A stretch of 64,000 nucleotides of DNA, from positions 1 through 64,000 of the forward strand of contig OW569345.1 of the NCBI GenBank assembly GCA_937625935.1, read 5' to 3'. Shown in pieces: positions 41,834 to 53,471 of this stretch. Position 1 is the stretch's first letter. Each line of letters opens with the position of its first letter. A program made the translations under genes and the position numbers. Below the pieces are notes generated by a model that was not told the DNA's origin, did not search any database, and saw only the letters and a list, made by a program, of their open reading frames with translations. The DNA comes from Tetramitus jugosus (taxonomy: Eukaryota; Protista; Heterolobosea).

Positions 41834-42961
41834 TTATTTGTTTGCTTTCACCTTACCTCGCCACATCCACACTTTTTCTCTCTCCTCCAAAGGATAGGGA
41901 TCATCAGGAAACATGGCTGGATACTTTTGCACGAACAAGAGTTCAAATTCTATACCAAGATATTTTGCTTCTTCGAATGCCTTCAGCTCCTGTCTCTTCT
42001 TGTGTGGCCTGTGATGCGAGTAAGTCAAATAAATCTCTGTATGATCAGGTATGGAGCAACTCTTGACTGTTGTCATCATTTCCCAATGTGTGCTCGTGTT
42101 GAAAATCAGATCACTGAGAATAATAATGTCAAACTTTTCCGCATGTCGTTCCAACTCGTCCGTATCATCGCTCTGTTGCTCTTCACTGCTGCTATCGTGC
42201 ACTATCGTCTCAGACTCTAGGCCTGTTTGATTGTGCTGTTTCTGTTCGAGCTCCTCTTCGTTCATCTTGCGCACAAACCTGCCCTTTTCATCATACAGGC
42301 AATCACTTCTCCTCTTCAATTGTTCCTTCTTGCCCCACAAGTGACCTCTCACCTCTACTCGTGCCTCACTCTCCATCTCTTCATACTCTTCCTGACCAAA
42401 ATTCGATATCCAAGTCTGTTTCGTCTTATCCAACAACTCTTCTTCTGGATAATCCGTGCAGAGCACTCGACGTGATCCCAGGAGCATACATGTCATACTG
42501 GGCAAGGAACCTCCTGCACCCAACTCCATGACACACTTGTCTTTGATGGATGGACATTCCTTGAGCATAATGTTTGGCTCTCTCTCATAAAGCATTGGAT
42601 GCTCGACCAATGTCGCAGATTTCATTTTTTCCTCGTCATTGTAATCAATTGTATTCTTCCATCGGAGAATCGGAGTATTGCCCATCGCAAACCATTTGGA
42701 GATGCATTTGCTAGAGTTCCACAAGCAATGTGCCCACAGTGAATGTTCACCAACGAGATTGACAACAAAATAGAGTTCCTTGGTGAGGACGACTGTCAGT
42801 GTTTGTGGTGGAGGTGTCGGTGGACGAAAATCCTTTGGTTCTTCAAACATGCTGCCTCCAAAAATTTCAGATAGCTCTTCTTCTTCTTCTTCCTGTGTGA
42901 TGGTGGAGTCTTGTTCTACATGACTGTTGTTCATGGTGGTCGTCTGGTTGTCGTCAGTCAT
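41834..42961 (-). CDS. Family-16 protein methyltransferase, EFM7/NNT1-like
   Basis: MFEEPKDFRPP, VGEHSLWAHCLWN, VMELGAGGSLPS, TDYP, GHLWG, FDIIILSDLIFN, YSHHRP, MFPDD. Confidence 0.85.
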   Translation of the reverse strand: MTDDNQTTTMNNSHVEQDSTITQEEEEEELSEIFGGSMFEEPKDFRPPTPPPQTLTVVLTKELYFVVNLVGEHSLWAHCLWNSSKCISKWFAMGNTPILRWKNTIDYNDEEKMKSATLVEHPMLYEREPNIMLKECPSIKDKCVMELGAGGSLPSMTCMLLGSRRVLCTDYPEEELLDKTKQTWISNFGQEEYEEMESEARVEVRGHLWGKKEQLKRRSDCLYDEKGRFVRKMNEEELEQKQHNQTGLESETIVHDSSSEEQQSDDTDELERHAEKFDIIILSDLIFNTSTHWEMMTTVKSCSIPDHTEIYLTYSHHRPHKKRQELKAFEEAKYLGIEFELLFVQKYPAMFPDDPYPLEEREKVWMWRGKVKANK

Positions 42962-43246
42962 TGGCCAAATTGAATTTTTGTGTTTGAAGTCGGAATGTGA
43001 AAAAAAATGTTGCAGTCGGAGGAGTCTGGTTGAACGAAAAAACTTCAAGTTCGATCGCATCACCCATCACTTCTTGTCCTTGTTGATATCGATCTCGCAG
43101 AAGAAAAATTGCACATGACTCTCTGTGTGTGTGATTGATTCGTTGTTTCCTCCTCCTTTCCCAAAAACAAAAAACAAAGCAAACAACCTGTACAAACAAA
43201 ACAAATAACCACCAATCATAAATAAACCAACACACGAACAAAAAAA

Positions 43247-44050
43247 ATGTCAAAGATCAACGGTATTGAAACAGAATGGACTCAATTGCAGCGAAAGATG
43301 GGCAACTTGCCAGAACTGCCAGAAGAAGACGAAGAAGAGATCAATGAAGAAGACTACAAGACTGAGAGACAAAAGCTGTACGAGTCATTGCAAACCAAAT
43401 CTCTCAATCAATTGAATGAGATGGAAGATGAGAGAAGAGATGATGATGATGACGAAGGAGAGCGCATGTTTGAAGAGTTGAGAAGGAAGCGATTGATGGA
43501 AATGAAGCAAAAAGCACAGAGAAACAAGTACAGAGGTGTCTATGAAATTTCTGCACCAGAGTACGTCAATGAGATTTGTAAGACGACTGATGATGTGTGG
43601 GTGGTGGTTCACTTGTTTGCACCTGGAAAGGACGAGTGCAAGGTGTTTGATCAAATCTGTAATCAATTGTCTCAAAAGCACACGTATGCAAAGTTTGTCA
43701 AGATTAGAGGCAATGCTGCAATTGCAAACTTCCCTGACAGAAACTGTCCAATGATTCTGTTGTACAATAAGGGCAGAATGGTGTCTCAGTGGATTGGTCT
43801 ACAGGCATTTGGTGGAATGCAAAACATTAGTGCTGACAATGTAGAATGGAGATTGCACAAGTTGGGAGCATTGGACTCGGACATGACCGAGCCACCTTCA
43901 AAGTTTGTGGCCGATGGTGACTCCAAGCAGACATCAGGCTCTGCAGGATCATTCAACTTTGTGGGAGAGACCTATGGAGGAAGCAAGACAACAAGGAGAT
44001 CGTACAGAGATGACGACGATGATGTCGATGATTATGATGACGAATATTAA
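43247..44050 (+). CDS. Phosducin-like protein (PhLP2/PDCL3/Plp2 type)
   Basis: TEW..LQRKMGNLP, LRRKRLMEM, EISAPEYV.EI, VVVHLF, KFVKI, IANFPDRNCPMILLY. Confidence 0.88.
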   Translation: MSKINGIETEWTQLQRKMGNLPELPEEDEEEINEEDYKTERQKLYESLQTKSLNQLNEMEDERRDDDDDEGERMFEELRRKRLMEMKQKAQRNKYRGVYEISAPEYVNEICKTTDDVWVVVHLFAPGKDECKVFDQICNQLSQKHTYAKFVKIRGNAAIANFPDRNCPMILLYNKGRMVSQWIGLQAFGGMQNISADNVEWRLHKLGALDSDMTEPPSKFVADGDSKQTSGSAGSFNFVGETYGGSKTTRRSYRDDDDDVDDYDDEY

Positions 44051-44090
44051 AGTTCAGAGCACAAATGAGAAAATTGTCAAAAATGATACA

Positions 44091-45493
44091 TTATCTCTTC
44101 TTCTTTGCCTTCTCCTCGGCCAACATTTTCCTCTTGAGTGCTTTTTCCTTCTTAATTTCTTCGAATCGTAGTCTTGCCTTGTAAGCACGATAACAGAGTT
44201 TGATTCGATTTGCGCTGTCAAATAGTTCATTCTCTCGATCTTGTCGATCTTGTTCGATTCTAGCCTCTTTTACTTGTGCCCTGACTGCCATCTCCTCCGT
44301 TTCTCGCTTGAAATCCTCTTCCATTTTCTTCCTGAGGGCAATCTGATCTTCTCTGATGCCCTCCCAGTATGATAGCTTCTGTCTCATCTCTTCAATTTCT
44401 CGGTCAGATTTGTCTCTCCATTCCGATCCAACTTGTCTGAGTGCTGCATTGCGCTTATCTAGGAATTCACTTGTCTGATTGTACACTTTTTCTTCAATTT
44501 TTAGTTTCATTTCTTCCTCGAGTAGTAGTTCTTGTTCTAACGCACGCAATTCAATTTGCTCCTGCCTTCTTCTGCACTCAAATTCAGCATTGTCTGTGGC
44601 TACAGTCTTCAATTTCGCCTCTTGTGTCATTTTCTTTAGTTCTCTCAGTTGATTTACTAATTCATTCACCTTTTGTGTGCGCTCCTCGACCTCAAACTTT
44701 TTCATGTCCTTCTCCTTTTTCACATCCTTTTGTAAACTCTTGACTAATCGATTAAGTTGAACTTCATGCTCCTGAATGGTTTGTAGCATTTGTCTATCTT
44801 TGATCTCATCTTTGACCTTCTTGAAAAATAGTTCATAACTAACTTCAATCCTCTGCCGAGTACTTGGAGAAGAAGGATAGTTGAATTGTGGAGTCTTCAA
44901 GTGCTTGTATTTGGACTGTGGAAGCAATCCGTTTTGAATCTCCCTTAAACAGTTGGACAAAACATTCTGTATCTCTGTTCTCTCGGATTGAACCTTCTTC
45001 CAGTTGTTTAGCTCATTCGGTGTTTCCTTTAAATTTCTACTAAGTTTTCTCGTGTTGTCCTTCAACTTTTCCTGTATGGATGCGAGCTCTGACTCTTTCT
45101 CGTTTTGTTCCTTGATCGATGTGAAGACATCTTGATCCTTGTTACTCCTCTGTTGAGATAGAGCTTCATAACGGGCTCCAAGCTTTCGTTGCTCCTCCAA
45201 GATACTTGCCTATGGAAGAAAAGATGATGTCAGTTCCAAACTCATGGGAGAGTACTCATTCTAAGAATCAAACGTACCACAACGTTGAACTGACTCTGAT
45301 TGTTGCTTCCGTCTGCACTACTCGTTGCCGAGCTCTCACCGCTCAACGAAGAAACATCTGTTGTGAGCATGTTCAGCAATTGAAGCTTCTCAATTGCTTT
45401 CTCGATCACTGCACAAACTCTCATGGAGTCAATGCGAGAAATGTAGGGAGGCAGGTCGTAATCTCCATTGATCAGCATCATTTGTGAGCTCAT
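44091..45493 (-). CDS. Dynein regulatory complex subunit DRC9/IQCG-like coiled-coil IQ protein (2 exons)
   Basis: Exons 45493-45278 and 45209-44091; phase-0 intron 45210-45277 (GTACGT..CTGAC..TAG). Motifs AVIEKAIEKLQLL and TRKLSRNLKETPN...KVQSER, a long coiled coil and a degenerate IQ (ANRIKLCYRAYKAR). Confidence 0.7.
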
Positions 45494-46046
45494 TTTTTTA
45501 CTCGATCATCGTACATTGCGGATCTGCCGCCAAAATATTTTACCGAAAGATGATTCTCTGAGCAACACACGAAAAGAAGCCAGAAGTTCTAGTCCATAGT
45601 CACAAACAATGAGAATCATCTTCTTGCTCCGTGTTTGTCTCAAGGTACTGTCGGGTAAATCAGATTTGGTCGATGTCACATCTCGTCAAATGTCGCATGT
45701 CAATCGAGAATAGTGTAAAATGTTCATTACGAATCAACAATTGTAAGGATTCGATCGTCCACTCCCAGTTCCTTGTCCAAGTCTGGTGCCATCCCTGTTG
45801 CCCACCACCAACAAAAACAACAACAAACTGCTGTGAAGATTTTGTCCAAAACACAAACAAACGTTCTTCGCAACAACAACACCCAACCCTATCTCCCATT
45901 CACCAAAAAAAAGTTGTGTGGCTGACTCACTAATATCTGATTCTCCTCCTTACTATTTTTTGTTTTTTTGTGAGCGCATAATACAAACAAGACGAACAAA
46001 ACAACCTATAACCAATAACTAAACAACAACAACAACAACAACAATA

Positions 46047-49000
46047 ATGAATGATTTAACAAGAGCAGTCAAGGGCTCTCAACTCAAGAATCAACCACTC
46101 AAGAGAGACAAGAGCAAAAACATTGACACGTCGATTGCTGAACAACGGGCCTACGAGTTTCTCGTGAGACAACAAGAAGCCAAGGAATGGATTCAAGAGG
46201 TTGTCGGTGAAAAACTCAGTGGTTCTGCTGCCACATTCTGTGATCAACTGAGAGATGGTATCGTGTTGGCCAAGTTGGCCAAGATGTTTGACCCTACATC
46301 AGTGGGCAAGATTCATCAATCTACGGGAACAGTGTTGGAATTTATGGCTGTGGACAACATTTCAAAATTCCTGTTAGCATGTAAAAATATTAGACTACCG
46401 ACAATCTACTTGTTCGAGGTGACTGATCTCTGGGAGTCTAAATCACCTAGCAAAGTCGTGAGTACTGTGCACACGTTGGCCAACTTTTTGGCTGAGACGG
46501 GCAAGGCAATCAAGATGAAGAATCTGGAGGCTGCTGGTCTCGTTTTCAATCAAGAGGATCTCGAGAGAGCATGGAGAGATTTGCAAGATATGGAGGGTGG
46601 TCAAATGACATTCACAGTGTCTGGTTCATCTGGTCAAGACGATGGTCAGAAGGATCTGTATGACTCTGACAGCGACTTGGACGACAAGTTGCTGGACGAC
46701 AATGTCGCATCTGCCCATACTTGTGTGCTCGAAGGTGACGCTGTCAACAGAGGTATCGCCGGTGTTCAAAACAAGTTTATCATCAAGGCTAGAGACTTTG
46801 ATGAGCGTGAGTTGACTGTCGGTGGTGAAGTGTTCGAAGTCAAGCTCTTCCTCAAGAGTAACATCAAGTCAACACCTGTTGTCGGTACAGTCAAGGACTT
46901 GCAGAACGGTCAATACGAGGTTACCTACATTCCTGAAGTTGCCGGTGAGTACCGCATGGAAATTGTACTTGTAGATGTCATTGATGAAGAAGAAGAAGAA
47001 GAGACAATGCTCAAGCAATGTCCAATCAATGTTCAAGTTGATCCATCACGCGACAGTGATCCATCAAAGTCTGAACTGAGCGGATTAGGTCTTTCATCGG
47101 CCACCGCTGGCTCTGAAACATCGTTCACACTGAACACCAAGGATCGATTCGGAAACGTCAAGACTACCGGTGGAGAAAACTTTTCTGCAGTCTTGGTCAA
47201 CGGAAGCGAAAAGGTTCAAGCTACTGTGGTCGATAACGAAGATGGCAGCTATGTCTTCAAGTACACCTGTCCAAAGAGTGGAGACTATCAATTGGACATC
47301 TCATTGAACGGTCAATCTGCATTCGACAAGAAGACTGTCAATGTCAAGGACGCTGGTGTCTCTGACCCATCTCAATCCGTTGTCATCGGTTTGGACAAGT
47401 TGGCTCACATTGTTGCTGGTCAACCTGCATCCTTCTCCATTCAAGCCAAGGACAAGTTGGGCAACGATAGATCATCTGGTGGTGAAAAGTTTGTTGCTAC
47501 ATTGGCTCACTCCACTGATTCCTCAAAGGACGTTCAAATCAACATGGTTGACTCCAATGACGGCAAGTACGAGTTTGACTTTGTTGCAAACAACAGTGGA
47601 AACTATCAACTGCGCATTGAACTGGAAGGACAAGTTGTTTCTAACACTGCTACCGTTGTTGCTGACACTGGTGTCACCGATCCATCCAAGTGTACCATTT
47701 CATCCAATGACTTCAAGCTTGTCAAGGCAGGTGAGGTGAAGAAGTTTACCTTGACTTCATGTGACGAGTTTGGTAACCCACGTTCCAAGGGAGGTGACTC
47801 TTTTGTCATGCCTATTGCCAACAAGCAAAATATGGAGTATTCTCGTGAAGATTTGGTCTCCATTGTTGACAATGGTGATGGTAACTATGAAGTGAGCTTC
47901 TCTATTGAACTCATTGGTGAATACAGTGCTCAACTCATGTTGAAGAGCCCTGTTGCTGCAACCACTGAGAGCACTGAAGAAGGTGACTCCCAAAAGAGAA
48001 CCATGAGCAACTTGTTGGGCTTCTTGCGCCGATACAAGTATGACAACGTTTCTGGATTCCCATGCGACGTTGTTGCTACTGACTCTGGTGTCAGTGATGC
48101 CAACAAGACTGAATTCTCTGGAAAGGGATTGTCTGGTGTTGAACTCGGAACTACCTGTTCATTCAACATTCAAACATTCGATAGCTATGGAAATACGAGA
48201 GCTACTGGATCTGATGCTGTTGATGTCAAGTTCCACAACAAGACCTCTGGTAACACCATCACAAAGACTGATGTCTCCGATAACCAAGATGGTTCTTACA
48301 CTATTTCATTCCAACCAGACACTATCGGTGAATATAGCATTGATATCTCTATCAACGGTGTGGCTATCACCAATGAAGCCAGTCAACAATTGATCAGAGC
48401 TTATGCCAAGTCATTGAAGGACATTAGCGACGAAGAAATCTTCCAATTGGATCCTTACAACTGGTTGGCCAGTTTGAGCAGCATGGTCGCTCTTGAAGAA
48501 GACGATGAATTGACTGCCGTCATCAACGAATTGAGACAACAATTGATTCGTCAATTGAAGGACAACTCTGCCACTGAGAAGGAAGTTGATGATCTCGAAA
48601 GAAAGATTCAACTCTTGATCAACAACAGAATGAAGATTGAAGAAGTGATCAAGTCTCAAGCCAGACGTGGTTTGTTCAGAAGAAAGGGAGCAAACGAAGT
48701 TGTTGTCAAGGATGACCAAGAACAAAAGAAGAGATTGCAACAATTGCAAGTCTACGGAAGAATGATGTACTTGTTGCAAGCTGAAGGCAGATACTTGTCT
48801 CGTTTGTTCTACTTTGTGCCAACTGAAAAGTTGGAAAAGTTCTTGGACACGATTCTGTTGTCTCTGTTCGGATTTGCCTTCTCTCCTCGTGAAGAATTCT
48901 TGATCCTGAGATTGTTCCAAGAAACTGTCTTGCTCGAAGTTTCCAAGGTTGGTGAACACTCCAACGCCAAGGAATTCTTCAACAACTCCTCTGGTATATT

Positions 49001-50657
49001 GCCAAAGATGATTATCTCATACACCAGAAGACTCCAAGGTCAAGCATTCTTGCAAAAGGTGCTCTATGACAAGATTTTGGACGGTATCATCTCTGACAAG
49101 GGATTGAACTTGGAATTGAACCCTGTCAAGTTGTTGAAGGCTCTCGATCCATCTCAATTGGCTGCTCAAGTCACCAACGAGAAGGCTTTGGAGAATGAAC
49201 AAGTCAGACAGGCTGTTGAGAGCCGAAAGAAGAGATTAGTCGAAGTCTGTAACAACTTCTTGACCACCCTCTCTGAGAACATCAATGAAATCCCATACGG
49301 TCTGAGATGGGTCTGTAAGCAAATCTCCATCGAGTTGAAGAAGAGATACTTGGGTGCTGGAGAGGACGACTTGGCTCATGCTCTCACTTTCTTGATCTTC
49401 TTCAAGTTCTTGAATCCTGTGATTGTTTCTCCTGATGGCTTCCAATTGACCAAGAAGAAGATTTCCATGGAAATGCGTAACAACCTTGTTGTCATTTCCA
49501 AGGTTCTGTCCAACTTGGTTTCCAACATTCAATTCGCTTCCACTGATCCATACGCAACTGTCAATGAATGGATCGCTGAAAAGTATCAATCAAGCTATCT
49601 TCCATTCATTGCCAACTTTATCAATGTTGAAGATCCAGAAGAAGCCCTTGGTGTCAACGAATACATCAACTTGACTCTGACCAAGACACCAACCATCACC
49701 ATTTCATGGAACGAACTTTTCTCACTCCATGGATTGTTGAATGAAAGAATTGCAAAGATTTGCCCTGACAATGAAGATCCATTGAGAATGATCTTGAAGA
49801 GCGTCTCTGCTGTTCCAGAGCAATTGGCTCCTGAAGATAACGAAGAAGTTGCCATTTCTTTGATCAATCCTCAAGCTGCCACTGTTGAAAGTGATACCAA
49901 GAACAAGGTTACCCAGTTGTACCACGAAACCAAGATCAACTTCAAGAAGGTGTTGAGATTGTTACCTCCTGATAGAATTGGTGCTGGTGTGGTTGCTACT
50001 TTGGGCAATGCTGAAAAGTACGCTGCATCTCTCCAATCCAGCCAAAACAAGCACGACATTGAAGTTGCTGCTGTGTTGTCTGAGAAGACAAAGGCTGTCA
50101 AGAATGCTTTGCCAATCCTTGAGGACGAGAAGGTTCTTGAACCTGAAACTCAATACAAGCAATTGTTGATTGATGTCACTCGTGATATCAAGAATCAAAG
50201 AGATGTCAAGAGAAAGCAATTGATCGAAAGAGATCGTTTGGTTGAATCGATTGCCAGTCTTGAAAAGCACAGTTCATTCTTGAAGGAAAGAATTGAAGGC
50301 TTGAATCAATACATTGTTGAAGCCGTCAATGCTGATTATGATACCAGCAAGCACAAGAAGAACGAATTCAAGTTCAGCTACAAGCACTTGGCTGAGAAGC
50401 ACAAGGTTATCGAGTCATCGAGCTTGAACAAGCTGCAACAAAAGGCCATCAAGTTCAAGATCACAATGTCCAGCCCAGGTAAGTTCAATGTTGATGCTAC
50501 CTTGGCAGGAAAGACTGTTCAAACCATTGAAGTTGTCTTGAGTGATTTGCTCGACAGACAATCCAAGAAGCAAACAAAGATTGAGTATGACGATGTGACA
50601 TTGAACGTTGACAAGACGATCGATATCTTGAACAAGTTGTTCTCCAACAAGAAGTAA
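46047..50657 (+). CDS. IQGAP-related protein: CH domain, five filamin/Ig repeats, RasGAP-related domain, RasGAP_C
   Basis: CH: EAKEWIQEV, LRDGIVLAKLA, DNISKFL, FEVTDLWE. Filamin repeats: DPSK/Q....G....AG..F.I..KD..GN...GG...DN.DG.Y. GAP domain: REEFLIL.LF, IPYGLRWVCK, FFKFLNPVIVSPD. C-terminal RGCT-like region. Confidence 0.85.
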   Translation: MNDLTRAVKGSQLKNQPLKRDKSKNIDTSIAEQRAYEFLVRQQEAKEWIQEVVGEKLSGSAATFCDQLRDGIVLAKLAKMFDPTSVGKIHQSTGTVLEFMAVDNISKFLLACKNIRLPTIYLFEVTDLWESKSPSKVVSTVHTLANFLAETGKAIKMKNLEAAGLVFNQEDLERAWRDLQDMEGGQMTFTVSGSSGQDDGQKDLYDSDSDLDDKLLDDNVASAHTCVLEGDAVNRGIAGVQNKFIIKARDFDERELTVGGEVFEVKLFLKSNIKSTPVVGTVKDLQNGQYEVTYIPEVAGEYRMEIVLVDVIDEEEEEETMLKQCPINVQVDPSRDSDPSKSELSGLGLSSATAGSETSFTLNTKDRFGNVKTTGGENFSAVLVNGSEKVQATVVDNEDGSYVFKYTCPKSGDYQLDISLNGQSAFDKKTVNVKDAGVSDPSQSVVIGLDKLAHIVAGQPASFSIQAKDKLGNDRSSGGEKFVATLAHSTDSSKDVQINMVDSNDGKYEFDFVANNSGNYQLRIELEGQVVSNTATVVADTGVTDPSKCTISSNDFKLVKAGEVKKFTLTSCDEFGNPRSKGGDSFVMPIANKQNMEYSREDLVSIVDNGDGNYEVSFSIELIGEYSAQLMLKSPVAATTESTEEGDSQKRTMSNLLGFLRRYKYDNVSGFPCDVVATDSGVSDANKTEFSGKGLSGVELGTTCSFNIQTFDSYGNTRATGSDAVDVKFHNKTSGNTITKTDVSDNQDGSYTISFQPDTIGEYSIDISINGVAITNEASQQLIRAYAKSLKDISDEEIFQLDPYNWLASLSSMVALEEDDELTAVINELRQQLIRQLKDNSATEKEVDDLERKIQLLINNRMKIEEVIKSQARRGLFRRKGANEVVVKDDQEQKKRLQQLQVYGRMMYLLQAEGRYLSRLFYFVPTEKLEKFLDTILLSLFGFAFSPREEFLILRLFQETVLLEVSKVGEHSNAKEFFNNSSGILPKMIISYTRRLQGQAFLQKVLYDKILDGIISDKGLNLELNPVKLLKALDPSQLAAQVTNEKALENEQVRQAVESRKKRLVEVCNNFLTTLSENINEIPYGLRWVCKQISIELKKRYLGAGEDDLAHALTFLIFFKFLNPVIVSPDGFQLTKKKISMEMRNNLVVISKVLSNLVSNIQFASTDPYATVNEWIAEKYQSSYLPFIANFINVEDPEEALGVNEYINLTLTKTPTITISWNELFSLHGLLNERIAKICPDNEDPLRMILKSVSAVPEQLAPEDNEEVAISLINPQAATVESDTKNKVTQLYHETKINFKKVLRLLPPDRIGAGVVATLGNAEKYAASLQSSQNKHDIEVAAVLSEKTKAVKNALPILEDEKVLEPETQYKQLLIDVTRDIKNQRDVKRKQLIERDRLVESIASLEKHSSFLKERIEGLNQYIVEAVNADYDTSKHKKNEFKFSYKHLAEKHKVIESSSLNKLQQKAIKFKITMSSPGKFNVDATLAGKTVQTIEVVLSDLLDRQSKKQTKIEYDDVTLNVDKTIDILNKLFSNKK

Positions 50658-50889
50658 ATAAAATAATAATAGATATTAATCATTCATTATTCGTTTCAAA
50701 TACAAACAATCAGTTCCCGATCGAATTTCACACGGTGCGTTCCCACACAAGAACTTCCTCTGTGCTCTCTTGCCAGATACTGAATCTCCTCCCCTGTGGC
50801 AAAAATCTCCTCAAGCACATTTTCAAAAAACGAGAAAAAAAAACACAACAAACCAAACAACAATCAACAACAAGAACAAGAACGCCACC

Positions 50890-52347
50890 ATGTCGACAAC
50901 AACAACAACGGAAGAACAAATCAAACTTTTAGAAGAACAGTTAACACAACTAAAACAGCAACAACAAGAAGAAGATGAAAAAAAGAAGAAGAAAAAGGCA
51001 GGAAAGGGCAAAGGAGGCATGATTGCTCTTGAACCAGTCGCTGGAACCAGAGATTTCCCACCAGAGGACATGAGACTACGTCAATGGCTCTTCTCCAAGT
51101 TCCATGCCGTTGCCAAATCCTATGGCTTTGAAGAGTACGATGCTCCGATTTTGGAGTCGGAGGAACTTTACAAAAGAAAGGGCGGAGAAGAAATCACCCA
51201 ACAAATGTATCACTTCAAGGACAGAAGTGGACAAGCTGTAGCTCTGAGACCAGAGATGACTCCTACACTGGCACGTCTCATTCTCCAACAAGGAAAAGCT
51301 CTTTTGCTCCCAGTCAAATGGTACAGCATTCCTCAGTGCTGGAGATTTGAAACAACGACAAGAGGCAGAAAGAGAGAGCATTATCAATGGAATATGGACA
51401 TTTGGGGCATTCAACAATCGAGTGCTGAGGCAGAGCTATTGGGAGCGATCGTTGCTCTCTTCCAATCTGTTGGTCTGACGAAACAAGACGTTGGAATCAA
51501 GATTTCTAGCAGAAAAGTGTTGCAAAGTGTGTTGGACAAGCTTGCTGTTCCACAAGAGATTTTTGCAGAAACGTGCGTCATTATTGACAAACTGGACAAA
51601 CTGGAAGAAGAAGAAGTGTTGAGCCAGTTGAGTCAACTAGGATTGAGTCACGAAACTGGAAAGCAAATTCTGGAGCACATGGCCATTAAGAATATTGCAG
51701 AGCTTGAACAGGCGTTGGGTGCTGAACATGAAGCAGTCAAGGACTTGAGACTCGTGTTCGAATTGGCCAAGGGCTACGGTTACGATGAATGGTTAATCTT
51801 TGATGCATCGATTGTGAGAGGATTGTCCTATTATACCGGTGTTGTGTTTGAGGCATTTGCTAGACAGGGTGAATTGCAGAGAGCAATCTGTGGTGGTGGT
51901 CGATATGATCGCATTCTGAGCACCTATGGATCCAAGAGAGACGTTCCTGCATGTGGTTTCGGTTTTGGTGACTGTGTGATCCTCGAGATTCTGAGAGACA
52001 AGAATCTGATCCCTCAAGATGTGACCAAGCACGTGATCAATGATCTCGTCATTCCATTCAATGAACAAATGAGATCTGCTGCTTGTTCCATTGTGGCCCA
52101 GCTGAGAGAAGCTGGACGTGTTGCCGATGTGTATTTGGGCAATCCAAAGAAGATTGGAACTGCGTTCAGTTATGCTGACAGAATTGGTGCTGATCGTGCC
52201 ATTCTCATTGCACCAGACGAGTGGCAACAAGACAAGGTCAACATCAAATATCTGAGATTGGGCAGTGGTGCCAAGGAGGACCAAGTGCAATACACGGTGC
52301 CCAAGGAAGATATCTTGACATTTGTCCCACCACAGGAACAACAATAA
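50890..52347 (+). CDS. hisS: Histidyl-tRNA synthetase
   Basis: GTRDFPP, ALRPEMTPTLAR, WYSIPQCWRFE..RGRKREHYQWNMD, RGLSYYTG.VFE, GGGRYD, CGFGFGD. First ATG at 50890. Confidence 0.95.
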   Translation: MSTTTTTEEQIKLLEEQLTQLKQQQQEEDEKKKKKKAGKGKGGMIALEPVAGTRDFPPEDMRLRQWLFSKFHAVAKSYGFEEYDAPILESEELYKRKGGEEITQQMYHFKDRSGQAVALRPEMTPTLARLILQQGKALLLPVKWYSIPQCWRFETTTRGRKREHYQWNMDIWGIQQSSAEAELLGAIVALFQSVGLTKQDVGIKISSRKVLQSVLDKLAVPQEIFAETCVIIDKLDKLEEEEVLSQLSQLGLSHETGKQILEHMAIKNIAELEQALGAEHEAVKDLRLVFELAKGYGYDEWLIFDASIVRGLSYYTGVVFEAFARQGELQRAICGGGRYDRILSTYGSKRDVPACGFGFGDCVILEILRDKNLIPQDVTKHVINDLVIPFNEQMRSAACSIVAQLREAGRVADVYLGNPKKIGTAFSYADRIGADRAILIAPDEWQQDKVNIKYLRLGSGAKEDQVQYTVPKEDILTFVPPQEQQ

Positions 52348-52412
52348 TAAAAACGATGGACTCTTGATATGACGATTTATTGTAATCTTCCAGCACTGAG
52401 ATTGCTGTTTGT

Positions 52413-53144
52413 TTACTTGGCTTCCAATTGTGCAGGTGCTTGTTCTGCTGCTGGTTGTTGCTCTTGGTTGTCCACGAATTCTTCTTGCTTTTGTTGAGCT
52501 TCGCGCATCTTTTCCTTCATTGCCTCCTCCTTGAACTGTTTGCGTTTGCTTCTGTCATAAAACGATTCAATCGTCTTCTTCACATTCTCATCAAATCCAA
52601 TATCAATAGGCTCTTCCAAATAGGCCACAGCCTTCTTATAATAGACACTCTTGACTGCGTGCATCACTTGTCCTCTGCCTCTTCTCGCTTGCTTGCTCTT
52701 TGTTTTCGAAATTAGAGTATTCACCTTCTCCACTTTCAAATCATAGTAATTGGTCAAAATTTCCTTCAATTCAGGCTTGGTCACATCCATTGGCACATGG
52801 AAGACGACTTGTTTGGTTGGTTTGAGGAGAGATGGTAACCACAATAGAATAAATTTGTTTGGGTATTGGACAATTCTTCTCTGAGCTTCCTGCTCTGCAA
52901 ACAAATCTCTGCCCTGTTTTTTGGCAAATGCAATTTTTTTTCTTCGCGCAATTTCATATGGCTTAGCAGTGGGCAGTGGATTGTTGCCGTCAGTCTTGCC
53001 CATGATGAGTGATGATTGAGTGTTGAAGAGACGATGTTGTTGTTGAGCACGACGCAGACAGCATGATGATGATATATGAGTGGTGGTGGTGATGCTACTG
53101 GCGGTGGTGTTGATGAATGATTTTTTCAAGAATTGTCCAATCAT
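52413..53144 (-). CDS. Mitochondrial ribosomal protein uL23m
   Basis: Presequence-like N-terminus; VVFHVPMDVTKPELKEILTNYYDLKVEKVNT and YKKAVAYL match L23. Confidence 0.85.
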   Translation of the reverse strand: MIGQFLKKSFINTTASSITTTTHISSSCCLRRAQQQHRLFNTQSSLIMGKTDGNNPLPTAKPYEIARRKKIAFAKKQGRDLFAEQEAQRRIVQYPNKFILLWLPSLLKPTKQVVFHVPMDVTKPELKEILTNYYDLKVEKVNTLISKTKSKQARRGRGQVMHAVKSVYYKKAVAYLEEPIDIGFDENVKKTIESFYDRSKRKQFKEEAMKEKMREAQQKQEEFVDNQEQQPAAEQAPAQLEAK

Positions 53145-53471
53145 TTTTTTTGCGTGTGTTGTTATTGTTTGTTGTTCAATCGAAATACTGTTTGGCGTTC
53201 GCTCGTTCGTTCACACACAAGAAAAAAAAATGATGATGATATTGTTTGTTTGACTGCGACCTGAAATGAAAAAATTGTTTGTAAAATGAATCGGAAAAAC
53301 AGATTAGGCCGATCATGCAGCAGAAGACCTTTACTCTTGTAAGTCTCTTTGCTCATGTTCCTCTCTCAAGACCACCACCAGGTTGTTCTCCTTGAAAAAC
53401 AGCAACACACGAAATAACTGGACAAACAGTTGAAAGAAAAAATAACAAAACAACAACAACAAAGTTTGGTC

